Notes: generated by a model from the sequence alone, not told the origin. A DNA stretch of 64,000 bases from Heptranchias perlo (GCF_035084215.1 NC_090345.1:3906001-3970000), one strand, 5' to 3'; numbered from the stretch's first letter, positions 48,288-62,954 are shown. Translations and numbers: made by a program.

Positions 48288-51200
48288 TAACAACTTAGCA
48301 AGTGAGGTCTCAGACAAACTTGACCTGGTTCGGAAACAAATTTCCTTTAGACAGCAACATGGTCAATAACATCACAACTCCGAAGAAAAGTTTGGATGTT
48401 CTTGCCCCCTTCCCGTATCCACAGTATTTACCAATCAAGTCCATCATAGCTTCAAAATATCAAGTCACATTAAGGGTGGCTTGATATTTTGAATCAGCCA
48501 GGCAATGAGTAGACTATTCTGTGACCTCATGAGTATCTGAGTCAGTCAGGTTACTCCCATTTCAGCTGGAAGGATACTCAGTCTCCTGGTGTGCATGCAG
48601 TCTCCAGGAACTAGGTGTGATATACAGTACAATTAGTGCAGGACAGCCCATAGTTTCAGGTCTTGCTGCTCAATAGATGTACCACTGGCCACGGGCAGGG
48701 GTAAAAGCAGCAAGAGTGTCTACTCTGGTATTATTTCAGGTTTTGCTCAGGAACAGTTTCAACGATGAGAAGTGATTAATCCAGCTATGGAGGAAACTCT
48801 TTGCTGCTGACTTCAAGGCCAGCCAATCCAAAAGAACAGCAATGCCAGCAGCTGCAGCAGCAAATTCAGTTCTCTCAGCACAACAACCAGATCCTTAGCA
48901 GCATGTTTTGTGAACATTTTCCTCCAGGGTTCTTCTCTTCCACCACCGCAACTGTTAGATCCACTGTTATCAGAACACAAAACAAAGACCAGCAGTGTGT
49001 TGAGTTACTAATGTGACAATGCTGGGAGAGAATGCTGTGCACACAGCACACAAAACACTCCATCTTGCACCCGAACGCCTTAAAACAAGAGAGACACACA
49101 AAAGATGATCTTTTAAAAAGATTTTATATGTACACAGTTTTCTCCTTGTCTGGATTTGCTCTCCACTGATGAGTGTCAGAAGTTTTAGGGGCACCCATTC
49201 GTAACTACAGTCAATAGATGCCAAGAGCTAGCAGTATGTTTGTGCTTGTTCAAAATGGCTTGCAGAAGGTAAAGAAGAAGCTCGGCTAAATTCCTGTTAA
49301 GATATAGAAACGAATGGAGTGCTGTCACCGGCCGTGTTTTGGTGACAATATATTGTGGCAATGATCACAGGTAATATGCTTTAGTGTACAATAGGAAATG
49401 CAGCACCCCAGTGTGATTCTACAGAACTGTAGCCACTAGTACTTAATCCTATTATTATACAGTTCAAAATACTCTCTCCGCCACAACCCTAGAATCTGTA
49501 ACTACCTCTAGGTGCCCAATGCACAGTGTGAAAATCTCACACTCACGACTACACTTTACTGAAATCCTAGTGACAAAACACAAAGTTTTATCCCTGGAGG
49601 AGCCACAAAAAAAATCTGCATCAAGCACTTCAACGCTAAAACCAGACTGACTGCTTACGGCAGGTACAGTGGTCACCAGACTGCAACACACTGAAAACAA
49701 AGAGCCTTCAAAAATCCAAATGGCAGCTTTAAACCATTATTTAGTGCTGGCTGAAGGTCACTCTCTAATCCAGTTCCCTCCACACTTATTTTCTCCACCC
49801 ACCACCCCCCCCAACCTATTTATGAATTAAGCTGAGTCACATAAGCAGGTGGCTGCTGAATGCAGGTGGAGTGCATTCCAATCAATCAATCAGAGCCCTA
49901 CAAGGGCAGAGTTGAAAAGAGTTTACTTAAGTGAGGGAAATGTTAAACTTGGGGTCGTTCTCATTTTCTCTGATGGAACAAAAAAAACAAGGAATGCTGA
50001 AATACACAGCAGGTCTGTGTTTGAAACAAAGTTTAATACTACAGGCAACTAACTTTATCCGATCTGCTGGGCATTTGATTCTATTTCAGATTTCCAGCAT
50101 CGACTGTTCCCGTCCCCCCTCAAAAGGAAGTGGCTCGTTAGAATTTCCACATTAGCAGTCAGAGATTGGTGCACACTTTCTGGTGTTTTGGTGACACATT
50201 CAGTTCCTGTAGCTTAAGCTGTGAAACTGCAGTCCCAAAGACTTCCTGTGAGCAGTGATACCTCAGCAGAGCCACATTTCCCCTCCTCCCTAAACTGATT
50301 TCTGACACCAGATAACACAAGACAACCAAAGGAAGCAGCAAAGAGCAGCAGTTCTTTAGCATGCACATTGGGGAAATACCAGTTAGAATACAGAGATAGG
50401 CTGTATCTTCACATTTGTGATTGGGGGGGGGGGGGGGGGGAAACAAGGCAGAGATGACTAACTGGATTGCTCTTGCAGAGAGCCAGCATGGACTCGATAG
50501 GCCAAATGGCTGCCTTCTGTGCTGTTTCGATTCTATGATTCCAAAGAAAAAGGTACTAAATTGCTTATTTATCGCATAGGTTTTCAAACAGGATCAGACC
50601 CTAAGGAATCTATAGGATCGGATTTCTATCTGGGGTCATAAATGTGACCCGAGCAGCATCTGAATAATTTTGTATTCCATATTCTTCCTGTATTCATTCA
50701 ATTACTGGCAATGCTACTTCTGTCCAATTTTAAAACTTCCATTCAAATGCGCCTGTTTATGGAGACACATGGGCAGCCTTTATATCTGACTGGAGGCGAG
50801 CTGGGATATTGCATACAGCAAGAAGAGTAATTTTTAAAAGAGATGGTGAGGATGTGGGTAAAGAGATGTGAAAAAAATCTTCCCTGGTCTAGTGTATTGT
50901 ACATAAGTTTGATGATGTCAAGTGGGGCCAGGGGAGGAGCAAATAGGAAGATGAGATTTGTACAGGGCAGTCAAAATAAGTGGATTAAAAAAATTAATGG
51001 AGTAGACGGAATGCGAGTTGCAGCTAATTCTCACTCATTACGAGATTCAGGAAGCGAGTGACGATTGAGCTGGAAATTAAGAAAAAGCTATCCCAGAGAT
51101 CATATTCCTACAATGAACATTGGTTGTAGGAACACCAGTGTCTGTTCAGTGCAGGTAGAACAGCAAATTCAGCTACTCTCAGCTACTGAGAACACTACAA

Positions 51201-53464
51201 ACTATAAATCGGGATAAAGTAACTGCTCAGTTACCAGTGCTTTGAAGGACCTGTGTCCATCTGGCCTGGCCGCAATTGCAAAAAGACGAGAACAACCATA
51301 AGCAGAGGTCGGCCAACAGGTGGCTGGGGTGGGGCGGGGTGAACCACAGAGGGTGAAATATTAACCTCCAGCTTCATGGATGTGAGCACTTTGAGTTATT
51401 GAATAAAACAAGATGCTGGACACAAGATCCTGTCCAGCGTCTCTCACCAGCAATGCATTTGATGCGTCTTTGTCATGTTAATGTGAAGGACAGAATGAAC
51501 TGAAGTTGGACTGAATGTGCAAAACATGCCATTATTGATGCCTATGACTTAATGTCTCAGGCATATAAGCAAAAGTTTAAATTAAACAGGTTCCATTTAG
51601 TGCATATAGAGAGCTGTTCATAGAACGAGAGAGCATTTGAAAACTATACTCAGTGGTTAGCGACACATGGAGTGGTTGAGGCGAATAGCATAGATGCATT
51701 TAAGGGGAAGCTAGGTAAACACATGGGAGACAGGAATAGAAGGATAAGCTAAAGTACGGTGGGAGGAGGCTCATATGGTGCATAAACACCGGCATAGACC
51801 AGTTGGGCTGAATGGCCTCTGCTGTAAATTTGAGGAGCTAGATAGATTTCGTTAGAGATAAAGGATCAGTCATGATCATATTCAATGGCGGAGCAGGCTC
51901 GAATGGCCTACTCCTGCTCCTATTTTCTATGTAAATACTATGTATGGCTGGAAAATGAAAATGTAAGTCTATAATAATGGGCTTTGTCACCTAATGTTGA
52001 GAAATACTTTTCTGGAAGTGGTTCCAGACAATCTAAGGGTAAGGTTGCTTGACCAGGTGAAGGAGCAGACAATTATGTGACCTCACTAGCACACAGGTCC
52101 TGCTGACTGAACGGGAGGTTAGACTGCTCCGATCAGTTGGCCAGGAGAGACGCCAAGGCTGGTGTGCATCCACAGCCCTAAGAGCCAGGAGATGCACCAC
52201 TCAGTAAAAACCCACCGGGCGACACCAGAAATCTCAGGTTCTTTAAATGTAACAAAATGGGTCATAGTTGCTGGTGCACACACCAAACTAGGCAATGAAA
52301 CAAGAGACTGCAGAGTGTACAGAAAGTTCCATCAGATCGTACATTATTCCTGTTCCTCTATACTAACTGCTGTCCAAAGGAGAAACCATTGCAGAAAACA
52401 ATGACTTATGGGAGTTGGTACAAGAGGTCCCATGGGGGTGTTGATATTTGCAGTGGGGCCTCCCACACATCGCTAATTTACAGAACTGTCAACATTAATG
52501 GGACAAGAGGGGAAAGTCTCATATGGGGCTGCTGCCAACCGTCATTAATGAAACCCAGTGCAGGGCTACTTTCGAGTCAGATGTTGGGTAGCCTTTATAC
52601 AGACAAGGAGCTCTCCTATAATGCTCCAGAAACAATTCAAAGTTTTAAATATATAAGCTCCGTCAGGTTCTGATTAAGGGCACTGTACATACGCAAAATG
52701 ATAGCCTGCCGTTCCTCTTTACGGATGCTCTCTGACCTGTGTATTCCCAGCACTGTTGCTCTTATTTCCGATTTCCAACATTTACAGTTTGTTCCTTTAT
52801 CTAGAAACAATTCTATTTAACCGTTCAGACCAAAAGTATGAGAATCGCTACGTATAAAGTGCCTTTACAGCCTTAAAGGCCATTAGTTTTCACAGAAACA
52901 CAGGAATTGCAGAAAGCGATCTCCAAAACACCAGTTGAAGTCGCAGAATCCCACCAAATGAAACTGAACTGGGCTTATTCAGTCACCGCAAACCAGGGAC
53001 TCTAATTATTTTTCTGCGGATGGTCCATTATAAACAGAGCCACGTCGTGCTATCTTGGGATGGAAGGGTAATTGCCTCCCAGACGGGGAAATGGCAAGTC
53101 TAACTGGCTGCACAGCAAGCACACACACCATCAGCTGGGACTAGCATCAGAAGTGAGAGAAACTAGTCATCATTTTGCCAGCCTCCCATCTAATTGTGAA
53201 GAATTTCTTTTATGTGGAGGAGTGAGGAGGGAAAAATGGGAGGAAAGAGAAGGGTAAAAGCATGCTTTGGTACTGCATCAGTGGAGGTCCACCCATCTCA
53301 CAAAGTGCCATCTGGATCGAGTTCACCTTATTGTGTATTGCAAATTAAAAAAAAAAGATAAAATATAAAACATTATTAAACACAGGTTATTCAGCTTAAG
53401 GCTAAATTTAGATACATTTAATTATACACATCCTTTAATTACACTACGTTGCACAGGGCGCCTG

Positions 53465-53601
53465 TTACAAGGTCCTTCCCAGGACCAACATCTCTTTCGG
53501 GAATCCCTCCATTTTGGCCAACTCCAAGAAGCCCAGCTTACTGTAGAATTCCAGACCTCGTCTGTCATTGGGTTTTACTTCACAGAATGCTCCTCGGGAT
53601 C
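53465..53601 (-). CDS. OGA: OGA (O-GlcNAcase/MGEA5) last coding exon
   Basis: [45 protein letters not shown], the end of the OGA pseudo-HAT domain. Confidence 0.9.
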
Positions 53602-55949
53602 CTTAAAAAGAAAAGCAAGAGATGGAAATAAGTATGAGTTCGACTCACAGGACACCCACTGCAAATAACCTGCAGAGGAATGGGCACTCCCAATATACCC
53701 AGGATCTGGCACAGGCCACTCCCCTCATCTGCTGTCCTGGGGGACTCCATCCAGTGACTTGACTGACCTATGTTGTTATGTTGAAGCTGGGATTCAGCAA
53801 CATTCCCTTTCTATTGTTCCTCAGTAAGAGAAAACATTAGAACCAAGTTCTCTCTTCCCCCATCCTCCCCCATGCACATTCGTGTGGGAAGGTGCCTGAG
53901 CGCCGGTACGTGTTCAGAGTCCTGGGCGAAATCCAGAGATTGCGTGAAGAAACCGCAGGTGCGTCAGTTAGTAGAGGAGCACATTCCAGCATTCCTGAAA
54001 AATGGGCCTCGAGCCAAACACTGCGGCTTAGGATGAAAAGCGAGTAATCCTGCAAGATCGAATCAAAAGAAGTATCTCAAAGTGGCCTTAGATCTGTTAA
54101 GCCCACTGATTTTTAAATTTGCAACGTAATTCACCTGAAGACATTGAAGTTTAAAATAATCAGCATCATTCCTGGTATTTTTCAATGCTTATGCAAATGC
54201 TGCACAATTAAAATCAAAGACCCTTTCAAATGTACAGGTAAAGATGTGAATATATATGCAAATACCTAAAAGCTTACAATCTCCAGCAGTTAGAATCACA
54301 AAATAGAAATTGTGCCCCAAGGGCAGGAAACAGGAAGCTTCAAAGATCCCCAGATCAGCAATACCTTGGTTACTAAATAAAAACGTAGCAAAACCAATCT
54401 GTACATTTTGATGTGTACTTCAGAGCATTATTCTTAGCTGAATGTGTTAAACAGGATTCTAAGCAGAACTAAGAAGAGTGTACGCACGTAACACAGCAGC
54501 TAACTTGACAACAGAAGCCTTGATTATGCAGCTTTGGTATGAATTTCTTCATTCTTTAAATAAAGTTTGCTCTCCGACTACCTGTCATTTACAAGTCCTT
54601 TTGCACAGAATCACATCACACAGATTTGTACAAAACTAAAGTCTTATATGAAAAATCCCAGAGGCGACAAATGTGCCAGTTTCGGAGCAAATTGCAATCA
54701 CTTGCCATATGCACAAGCTACCATTGAAATACGGCAAGAGTCTCTTTTAAGACTATTTTCACAATAACCAGGCTGGGTATCAGTAAATACTTTGAAGCTG
54801 CTCAAGATGCATGTCAGGGACAGACCCAAGCTGGGAGCAAGGCCACCCACTTCTCCTTAGTGGAAACTCCTTCACAGGAAAAAGTATCGAGACAGCTACA
54901 CAATATCCCCTCCCCCAAGGCAGTACCTGCACCACTCCTGGATGGTGCAAATGCTTCCTCAGCACTAGGCTCCAGGATCTGAACTGCAAGTTTTTGTGGG
55001 ATCTGCCAAGGGCTCAGACTCTTTCAGCACAATCTTTGAGCTGATCAAAGGACCAACGATTATGCCCTATGCTCAGCTCTCCAATTGGGAGTCAGTGCGG
55101 ATCATGCACTTCAGATGTAAACTGGCTATGGATCACCTCCCAGCTAGTCAACATTCACCATGACCCAAGGACTCACTGCAGAAGAGACACCACACTCCAA
55201 AAACAGTAGGCTACCAAAACCTAGAATATGGAAGGAACCTGCAACATGGAAACTTGGGTTAAAAGAATCTTGTAAAATACAAGACAGCACAATAAAATAT
55301 GACAAAACGAGGGGTTTAACCGTTGCCTGATATTGGAAGGCAGGGTAGAGGGAGAGAGAGCGAGCGAGCGAGCTATCACACGGGTCACATGGCTGGATTT
55401 ATAGAACATTATAGCAAAGAAACAGGCCATTTAACCCATCAAGCCTGCACATGACCCACCCAGTTTAATCCCACTCTCCTACCTGCTCGCCATACCCTTT
55501 AATATTCCTCTTTTTCGAGCAACCATCCAACTCCCTTAAGAAAATTTACATATTTAGCTTCAACAGAATTCCACATTCTAACCATCCTCTGTGTAAAACG
55601 TATTTTCTTATCTCCACTTTAATTCCATTGGTGATTATCTTAATTTTACAAGTTCTCATTACCATTAAGCCAACTAGTAGAAAAAAATGTCACTGTTTAC
55701 CTCATCACAGACCTGAAGACTTGTAATAGCTCAAATGAACCTTCCCAGCTCGAGAGAAAAGAAATCCCTAACTTCTCAAGTTTCCCTTCATGACTGTAAC
55801 CCCTCGATGTGGTAACATCACTGCTGTGAGGGAGGGTACATCTTAAAAGGGACATTGTCCCATGATTTCAACATTTGGATGATAGTGTATTTATCTGTAT
55901 GTATTTCAGGGAATGAGGAAGAATCAATATTTTGGCAGCTAACCATTTC

Positions 55950-56635
55950 ATAGAATCATAGAATGATACAGCACAGAAATTTATCCCCCTTCAAGTATTT
56001 GTCCAATTCCCTTTTGAAAATTACTATTGAATCTGCTTCCACCACCCTTTCAGGCAGCGCATTCCAGGTCACAACTCGCTGCATAAAAAAGTTTCCTCAC
56101 ATTGCCTCTGATTCTTTTGCCAATCACCGTAAATCTGTGTCCTCTGGTTACCGACCCTTCTGCCAGTGAATACAATTTCTCCTTATTTACTCTATCAAAA
56201 CCCTTCATAATTTTGAACACCTCCGTCAAATCTCCTCTTAACTTTCTCGCTCTAAGGAGAGCAACCCCAGCTTCTCCAGTCTCTCCACATAACTGAAGTC
56301 CCTCATCCCTGGTACCATTCCAGTAAATCTCTTCTGCACCCTCTCTGAGGCCTTCACATCCTTCCTAAAGTGCGGTGCCCAGAATTGAACACAATATTCC
56401 AATTGAGGCCTAACCAGCATTTTATAAAATTTTAGCACTAACTTCCTTGCTTTGGTACTCTATGCCTCGATTAAAGCAGCCCAGGATCCCATATGCTTTT
56501 TTTGAACAGCCTTCTCAACTTGTCCTGCCACCAAAGATTTGTGTATATACATCCCTAGGTCTCTCTGTTCCTGCATCCCCTTTAAGATTGTACCATTTAG
56601 TTTATATTGCCTCTCCTCATTCTTCCTACCAAAAT
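55950..56635 (-). mobile_element. CR1 LINE 3' fragment in OGA intron
   Basis: RPQLEYCVQFWAPHFRKD; CATAGAATCATAGAA tail on +. Confidence 0.87.
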
Positions 56636-56767
56636 GTATTAAAACGTATCAAGTATTTGATTTACTCCACATGATCCAGTGTATCACTTAGTCCCAGTAA
56701 TTAGTAATCAAGGTTTCTCTTCAGATAAGGAGGCAAAACATTTGGAGCGAAGGGAAAAAGGCCTTAC

Positions 56768-56927
56768 CATTAGCTTTTAAGGATGAAAGCAAGCAGCCCA
56801 TCATACTTTTGGCAACACTAGGATCCGTCACTTTCGAGTGCACATTCACTTTAATTAGTGAGGGGAAGGTTGCGAGGAAGTTGTCTGGCAGACCTTGTTG
56901 CTCTTCATGGAAGCTCAGCATCATTTT
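56768..56927 (-). CDS. OGA: OGA penultimate exon
   Basis: [54 protein letters not shown]; tag/gtaagg. Confidence 0.92.
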
Positions 56928-58429
56928 CTACATGGGAACCAAAAACAAGTGACTTACAGTCACACATTAATGGCAGTGTTCATTTAGACACATCAAGACA
57001 TTAAAACGATCTGCTCGTTAACATTAAAGATCCCATAGCACAACTCAATGAGGAAGTGGGCACTCTCCCGATATCCTGGCCAACACTGTTCTCTCAACCA
57101 TCACCATCAAAATTGGTCATCTCATTGCTGCTTGTGGGACCTTGCTGTGAATAAAAAGGTTTGCCCATTAAACAGTAACTGCACAATGTAATTCATTCTA
57201 TGTGAGCATTTGAAAGGCACGATAAGCTACTGTATAAATGCAAGTTCTTTAATTTCACAGGCAGCAAGGTGTGCTTGAATCAATCAAAGGCAATTAATAA
57301 GAGCAAGCCTGTTTAAGCTTTTAAAAATTAAATTGGAGGGGGAGGGGGTGAGAAAAAGGAGGAAGAAGAGGGGAAAAAAAGATGACTCACAGGCAACAGC
57401 ACTGAAGAAAAACTTGCTAACAGTACATCAGTATTTCAGAAAGAAAGATTCTGCTGAAGGCAGATTACCCATCACCAGCAGAGCTAGTTAAAGCACTACT
57501 GATTGTACAATTTTAGTGAAACAGCCAGTCCTACTTTTCCTTTCTCCCATAGTTTCCGCTTGGCAACTGCCCACAGGACCTTGATTGAATTTGTAAGCCT
57601 GCCAACGGGGTAGCTGCAGATATAATACCCATATCCCATTATTTCTGTGATACAACTGAGAGTGCCTCCTCCTCCTCCTCCTCCCCTCCTCCTCGAGTAA
57701 GACACTGTTTGGAACAGCAGTCCTTAACAAAAGGTGTATCAAAACTTATATCAAGCATCTTTAAAATCAGCAAAAACACCCCAAAGTGCTTCACAAAAAG
57801 GGTGGGGAGGGAGAGGGGAAAAAGAAAAGGCAGGCACCGGTAGCAGGTGTTAGACGAGTTCAAAGAGACTTTTGAAGCTGGGAGAGGGGTAGTAAAGTGC
57901 GAAGCATTTGGCAGGGGGTGGGGGAAAGAGAGAGTTGGAGAGAGCAAGTTCTACGCCATTAAAAAATATCTAAGACCAAGCGTGTATGTTTGTAAGTCAG
58001 TCCTATTACACCTGGCTAGATGTCACTGTAACAGGCCTACCGCATGAGGCAGACATACCTCAGGGTTTTAGATGTGGAAAAATAGCTTTTTTTGTTTTGT
58101 TTTTATTATTTTTGACAAGAGCTCTGGCAGTCTATGGACATCAGATCACTTCCCTACTTCCACAACTGTGACACCTGATGGAAACCCTGGAATGGGCCCA
58201 TTGGGCTACCAGATTGTGCCAAGTATCAGAAAGAAATGGCGAGTTTCTTCTTGCCAGTCCCCAGATAGAGACGTTGTTTAAAGACACACCTGGAGAATTC
58301 TCGGGATGCAAGAAACCCAGAGTATATTTTCTTATACCCAAGTTGAGATGATAACGGTCCCTTATGGCTCTGTTAAAACCACTCACTTAATTTACAGTGA
58401 AAGTGAATCCAGTTATTCTGGGAGAGTAC

Positions 58430-58622
58430 CTGTTCTTCTGAAAGTTCCTTACTAGTCTCTGGTTTAATATACTTCTCCCGCATAGCAGGTATCCAGGAGA
58501 CTCTACACTTTGTACAAAATGGTTTCACATCCACAGTCCCAAGGGCATAACCACAAATGCTGCCCTCATCCTCTAACACGAAGCAATAATCCAGGCTCAG
58601 CGTCAGAAGACCTCCCACCAAA
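58430..58622 (-). CDS. OGA: OGA exon (HAT-like domain)
   Basis: [54 protein letters not shown]; cag/gtactc. Confidence 0.92.
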
Positions 58623-59157
58623 CTGCAAACACAACAAAAATAACACATTACACTAAAAAAACACAGGTACAGAGCTGAAACAAACATTAAACTATACTGA
58701 AGTTCTCCTTTTACCATAAGCCACAGAACAAGCACCCAGCGTAAAGGTACAGAAACATTTTTAAATATTCTCTATCCTGGCGACTCCAACTCTTGCTGGG
58801 GTGCAGTTCCACAGGGACAGGCAACTCTCTGGTACCTTGCCCACTTAGTCTAGACAGTTAATGTCAGCAGTCTGTTTGACTGCGGTGCTTATTGTAACAG
58901 CCGAAACAAAGCCAGTCCTCACCTGGCACCCTTACACATACACTTTCCAGCACAGAGTCACTGGATAATAATGAGCAGGAATCCTGCATGATTTATCCTT
59001 GTTATAGCCAGGGAAACTGAGGCCAATTGTAGCAACCCTACTGCCACTTAGGCCAGCTAATTAAACTAAAGCTTTTTATATTAATTTTTTTGTGGGAAGT
59101 AGAGTTTCCTCAGCAAGTTTCCTCTACAATACCACATAATACTGTAGATTTGGCTCA

Positions 59158-59415
59158 AGGGTAAAGTAGCCTAGTGGTTTTATAACTGGACTAGTAACCC
59201 AGAAGTCACGAGTTCAAATCCTACCATGAAACTGAATTCAAAAATCTGGTAATTTGTGGGATAGTACAAGAAAACGACCATGAAAACTGCTAACTGGTTC
59301 ACTAATGTCCTGCAGGGAAAGGAACCTGCCACCCCTCCCTGGTCTGGTCTACTATTAACTCCAGTCCCAATCTACAAGGTTAGCTCAGGGGAATTGGGGA
59401 TTGGCAATAAATACA
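59158..59415 (+). mobile_element. Second short partner SINE
   Basis: TAGCCTAGTGG, GAGTTCAAATCC, CTGGTTCACTAATGTCC body and GGGATTGGCAATAAAT tail. Confidence 0.78.
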
Positions 59416-60380
59416 ATCTTACTAGTTTTAATAAAGTGCATTAGGTGAACAAGTTCAGCACCTCATTTATTCAGATGCACAGTACATGGATATCTGTCAC
59501 ACCTCATCCACAAGGAGGAGAAAGAAAGGCAATACAACCAGCTGAAGAAGCTTTAAACTTGAACTCTAGACTGCATGGATTTATATTCAAATTTTCAGTA
59601 TGCATGGTGCAGTTTTTGCACCCCTGGAACTCCAGGTTAAACTTAGCCCAGATCTATAGGATGTAACAGTCCTGTATGAAATGAAATGTGACAACTTCAG
59701 CCCAGCTCCCACATAAAACCACCCATAATTTGGCACCAAAGCAACAATTCATAATCAGATGGCTGATATGAAGACATCACACTAATTCAAGTTAAGAGAT
59801 GCTCTTCTGAGAGCTGAGTTGGAGTGCAGCTGAGGGAAGTTAATTCTGCAGCTGGATGTGGTGCATGTAACTTGGGAGTGCCAGAAACGGGGAAAAACAT
59901 TCCATTCCCCAGGTCAAACAACCTTCATTTTGATTAAACACACAGTCTCAAAATCCTGAGGAGAAGTAAACCTTTAAATCAGAATAAAACAGAAAATTAG
60001 GAGTCACCCAATGACTCAGGTTAAAAAAAATACAACAACCATACATAACAGAATATCCCAGATTCTACCCTAGTCTGTGTTGATCTTAGCTATGGTGAAA
60101 AAAGGGACACTACAGTTTGCTTCAACTACTCTGGATTAGGGAGGTGAAAAAAAATGAGCATTGGGCAATAAGGGAGTCTACGGAGATATCCTCAACGATC
60201 GAATAAAATACATGATGTCCAGCTTTATCGATGAAAAACGACCAACTGGATGACCTACAAGAGGATGGCCAGCACATGTGGAACTAGACCCCGGCAGAAG
60301 CAATAATGCATTCAAGATGGGATGAGAAAATAGGTAGCGCCCCCCCCAACACACAAAAAGTCATCTCTTTGTACACTCAC

Positions 60381-60472
60381 CTGTCACCAATGATATCTGG
60401 CTGGTCAGAAGACATTGAGTCACCATCCATTTCATCATCATACATCTCCTTACAGATCTTGTACACAGAGGC
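60381..60472 (-). CDS. OGA: OGA exon (start of HAT-like domain); gene continues beyond the window
   Basis: ASVYKICKEMYDDEMDGDSMSSDQPDIIGD; cag/gtgagt, phase compatible with the next exon. Confidence 0.9.
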
Positions 60473-62954
60473 CTGTGGATAAAAGAAAACCTGGCTAATA
60501 TATAGTACTTTAACACCCTGGGTATATATTAACATAGTGGAACCGTCCCTGATAAACACACGACAAGCATATATTTTATGCTCGGGTTTCTGTTGACACA
60601 AATATTAGATAGGTGAATCACAAAGACACCAAGAGTTTGGTGTGTCTTGAAAAGAGTCTCCATTACTCATTCTACCCACTGGCAACCAAACTGGATTTGC
60701 AATTGTTAAATAGATGGTGGAACTGGGGTTCACTTTCAGGGCTTTTGATGAGACCAGCCAAATCCTATTTGCACTTTCATCGAAAGGGAGGCCAAAATCT
60801 AATAACTAAGCACAAACCCAATTTCAAGGAAATCAAAATCTATTCAAAACTGCCATGAGAAGACCCAAAAAGACTACCTCAGAAACAAAGTATGATACAT
60901 TGAGTATACTTTAATTTAAATAAAAATTAACTTAAAAGGGGAGAATATACTAATCTTAATTTACTACACTGCACACAGATACAAGTACTGTTTTGTCAAA
61001 CTACGGCCTTCCAGGTGGGGGAAGGCCAACAGCGGCACTTAGTCAAAGCATGTGGTGACTGCAGATACACCAAGACCAGGCTTTAAGATGCCTTAATTAG
61101 CAGCCACTGATGCTGCAGAATGATGTCTTCACTCACTTGATTGGGATCAGGTGGCTCCAACCGAATGATGCTGAAGGCAGCCAATAAAAAAAAATAAAAA
61201 TCTCAGGAAAGGTTGGTGGCTGCTAAGAAAAAACACAAGAATTTCCATCAAGAGGCCAAGCTCCAACTGGTGCACGAAACAATAACGCTGCATCATTTAT
61301 CCCTTGCATTCAGAAGTTCAGAGTTCCAGTGACACCAACATCTGGGAATGAGTTTCTGTGCAAAGAATTCTGCTAATATTCCATACCAACTTTTTTTTTT
61401 TGAGGTGAAACTGGAGCAGCTCACATCCCTTGCAGAAATATAGGTCTCGTTAGCATTGTCTGGGGTCCTCCAAATACTTCAATTTCCCAGGAATTAGAGC
61501 CACATAGTCCAGGAAGGTCCCAGGTTCATGCCCTGGTCTATGATGAGTTAGTTGGTCTCAGCTAGAGTGGTGATGAGGGACATCACAATTCATCTCACAT
61601 CCTTAGTTTATGGGAGAGGGAGGGAGAACCAAAAATCAGCCAGGGTTCTTTCTTCCAATGTCAACCTAGTGAATGCCTAACTTAAGTTCATGTGCCAATG
61701 TATATCATGTGAGAAAATGACCCAGCTTTGCTATGGTGCCAATATTCACCATCCAAGATTCATACATGAATGATGGTCACTTTGCCAAGGTATCAAGGTG
61801 CCCTATTCAGCCAGACCCTAGCACGGATTCAATGCTTTCCACAAGAACGGGAAAATAAAATGGCAAGGGTTGGGAAAAAAACACTCCATTTTGTAAAGGA
61901 CTAATATGGAAATACATTGAGACTGGGTTAACAAAAAAATAGGCAACCATATCCAATGCTGTAGATACATTTCAACGATACAGATTGGTTCTCTCCAAAC
62001 CGCAAATCACCATCTATACAATGAAAGGAAACCGCCTTACCCCTATGCAATGGAACTAGTACATCCTCTGAACCAGTAACATACTAGGCAGGATTAAGAA
62101 ACAGTGGCCTGCAGCACCTACTAGGTTTGGGCCCAGGGTAATCCAATTGCCTCCTGTCCTAATCATTGCATCCATGCAATTCCAAACATACCATGAGAAT
62201 TGAAGTAGCATCCAGGTATCTGAGGCATGGGGGCCTCAAGTAATTGAAGGCTGGGAGAAGCATTCTTAAGCAAATTCACAACTCCCAAGATTATCTCCCT
62301 GCAACCAGCTGATAGAGATCTGTCCGTCATTGGGTTATAAGGTCCAAGGAACATGGATGTTGAATAATGACTGGCAAGAGGACTGGGACAGTGTTGAAGA
62401 TGATGGAAATTCAAGACATTTATGTCCTGTAATTAAGTAGAGAAAGGAATATTTAAAACAGCTCCAAAGGCAGTCAGCAAAAAGGAATCCCAGAAGTGTA
62501 AAGCTGGACATGGCTGAGTTATGAGACCAAAGCAATTTCATAATTAAAATGCCAAAACAGGAAGTTATACTGGTTAATGAGTTTTCCTATTTGAAGCCTA
62601 GTATCTTGGTCTCAGGGTAACTTGGCAGTGATACCAATTTAAACCAATGAAAGGAATACTAAACTTGGGTCTTGATCTTGATTTACTAAATTCCTTTGCA
62701 CACTGATAGAACTTTTGGTGTGGCACCTCAGATTTCAGAAAGCTTTCCAGCTGTTATAGTTTCACCACTTTCATATCAGTATCAGTAAGAGATCAAGATA
62801 GCAAGGCAAGACCAATATTGAACATTTTGGATCATCTTCCACTGATTCTTGGAGCCTGCATGAAAATCAGGCATGTTTGGGGCACATCTTGGGCCTGTAC
62901 CACCAGCTGAGCTGGCAGACAATTGTTTAAAAAATTGCCAGATTTGAATCCCAT

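Noticed and set aside
61415-61470. Possible next upstream OGA exon (TRPIFLQG before a gtgag)
   Set aside because: Does not match the expected YTIRPYFPKDE-type sequence and no convincing acceptor or upstream homology; the real exon is likely beyond the window.
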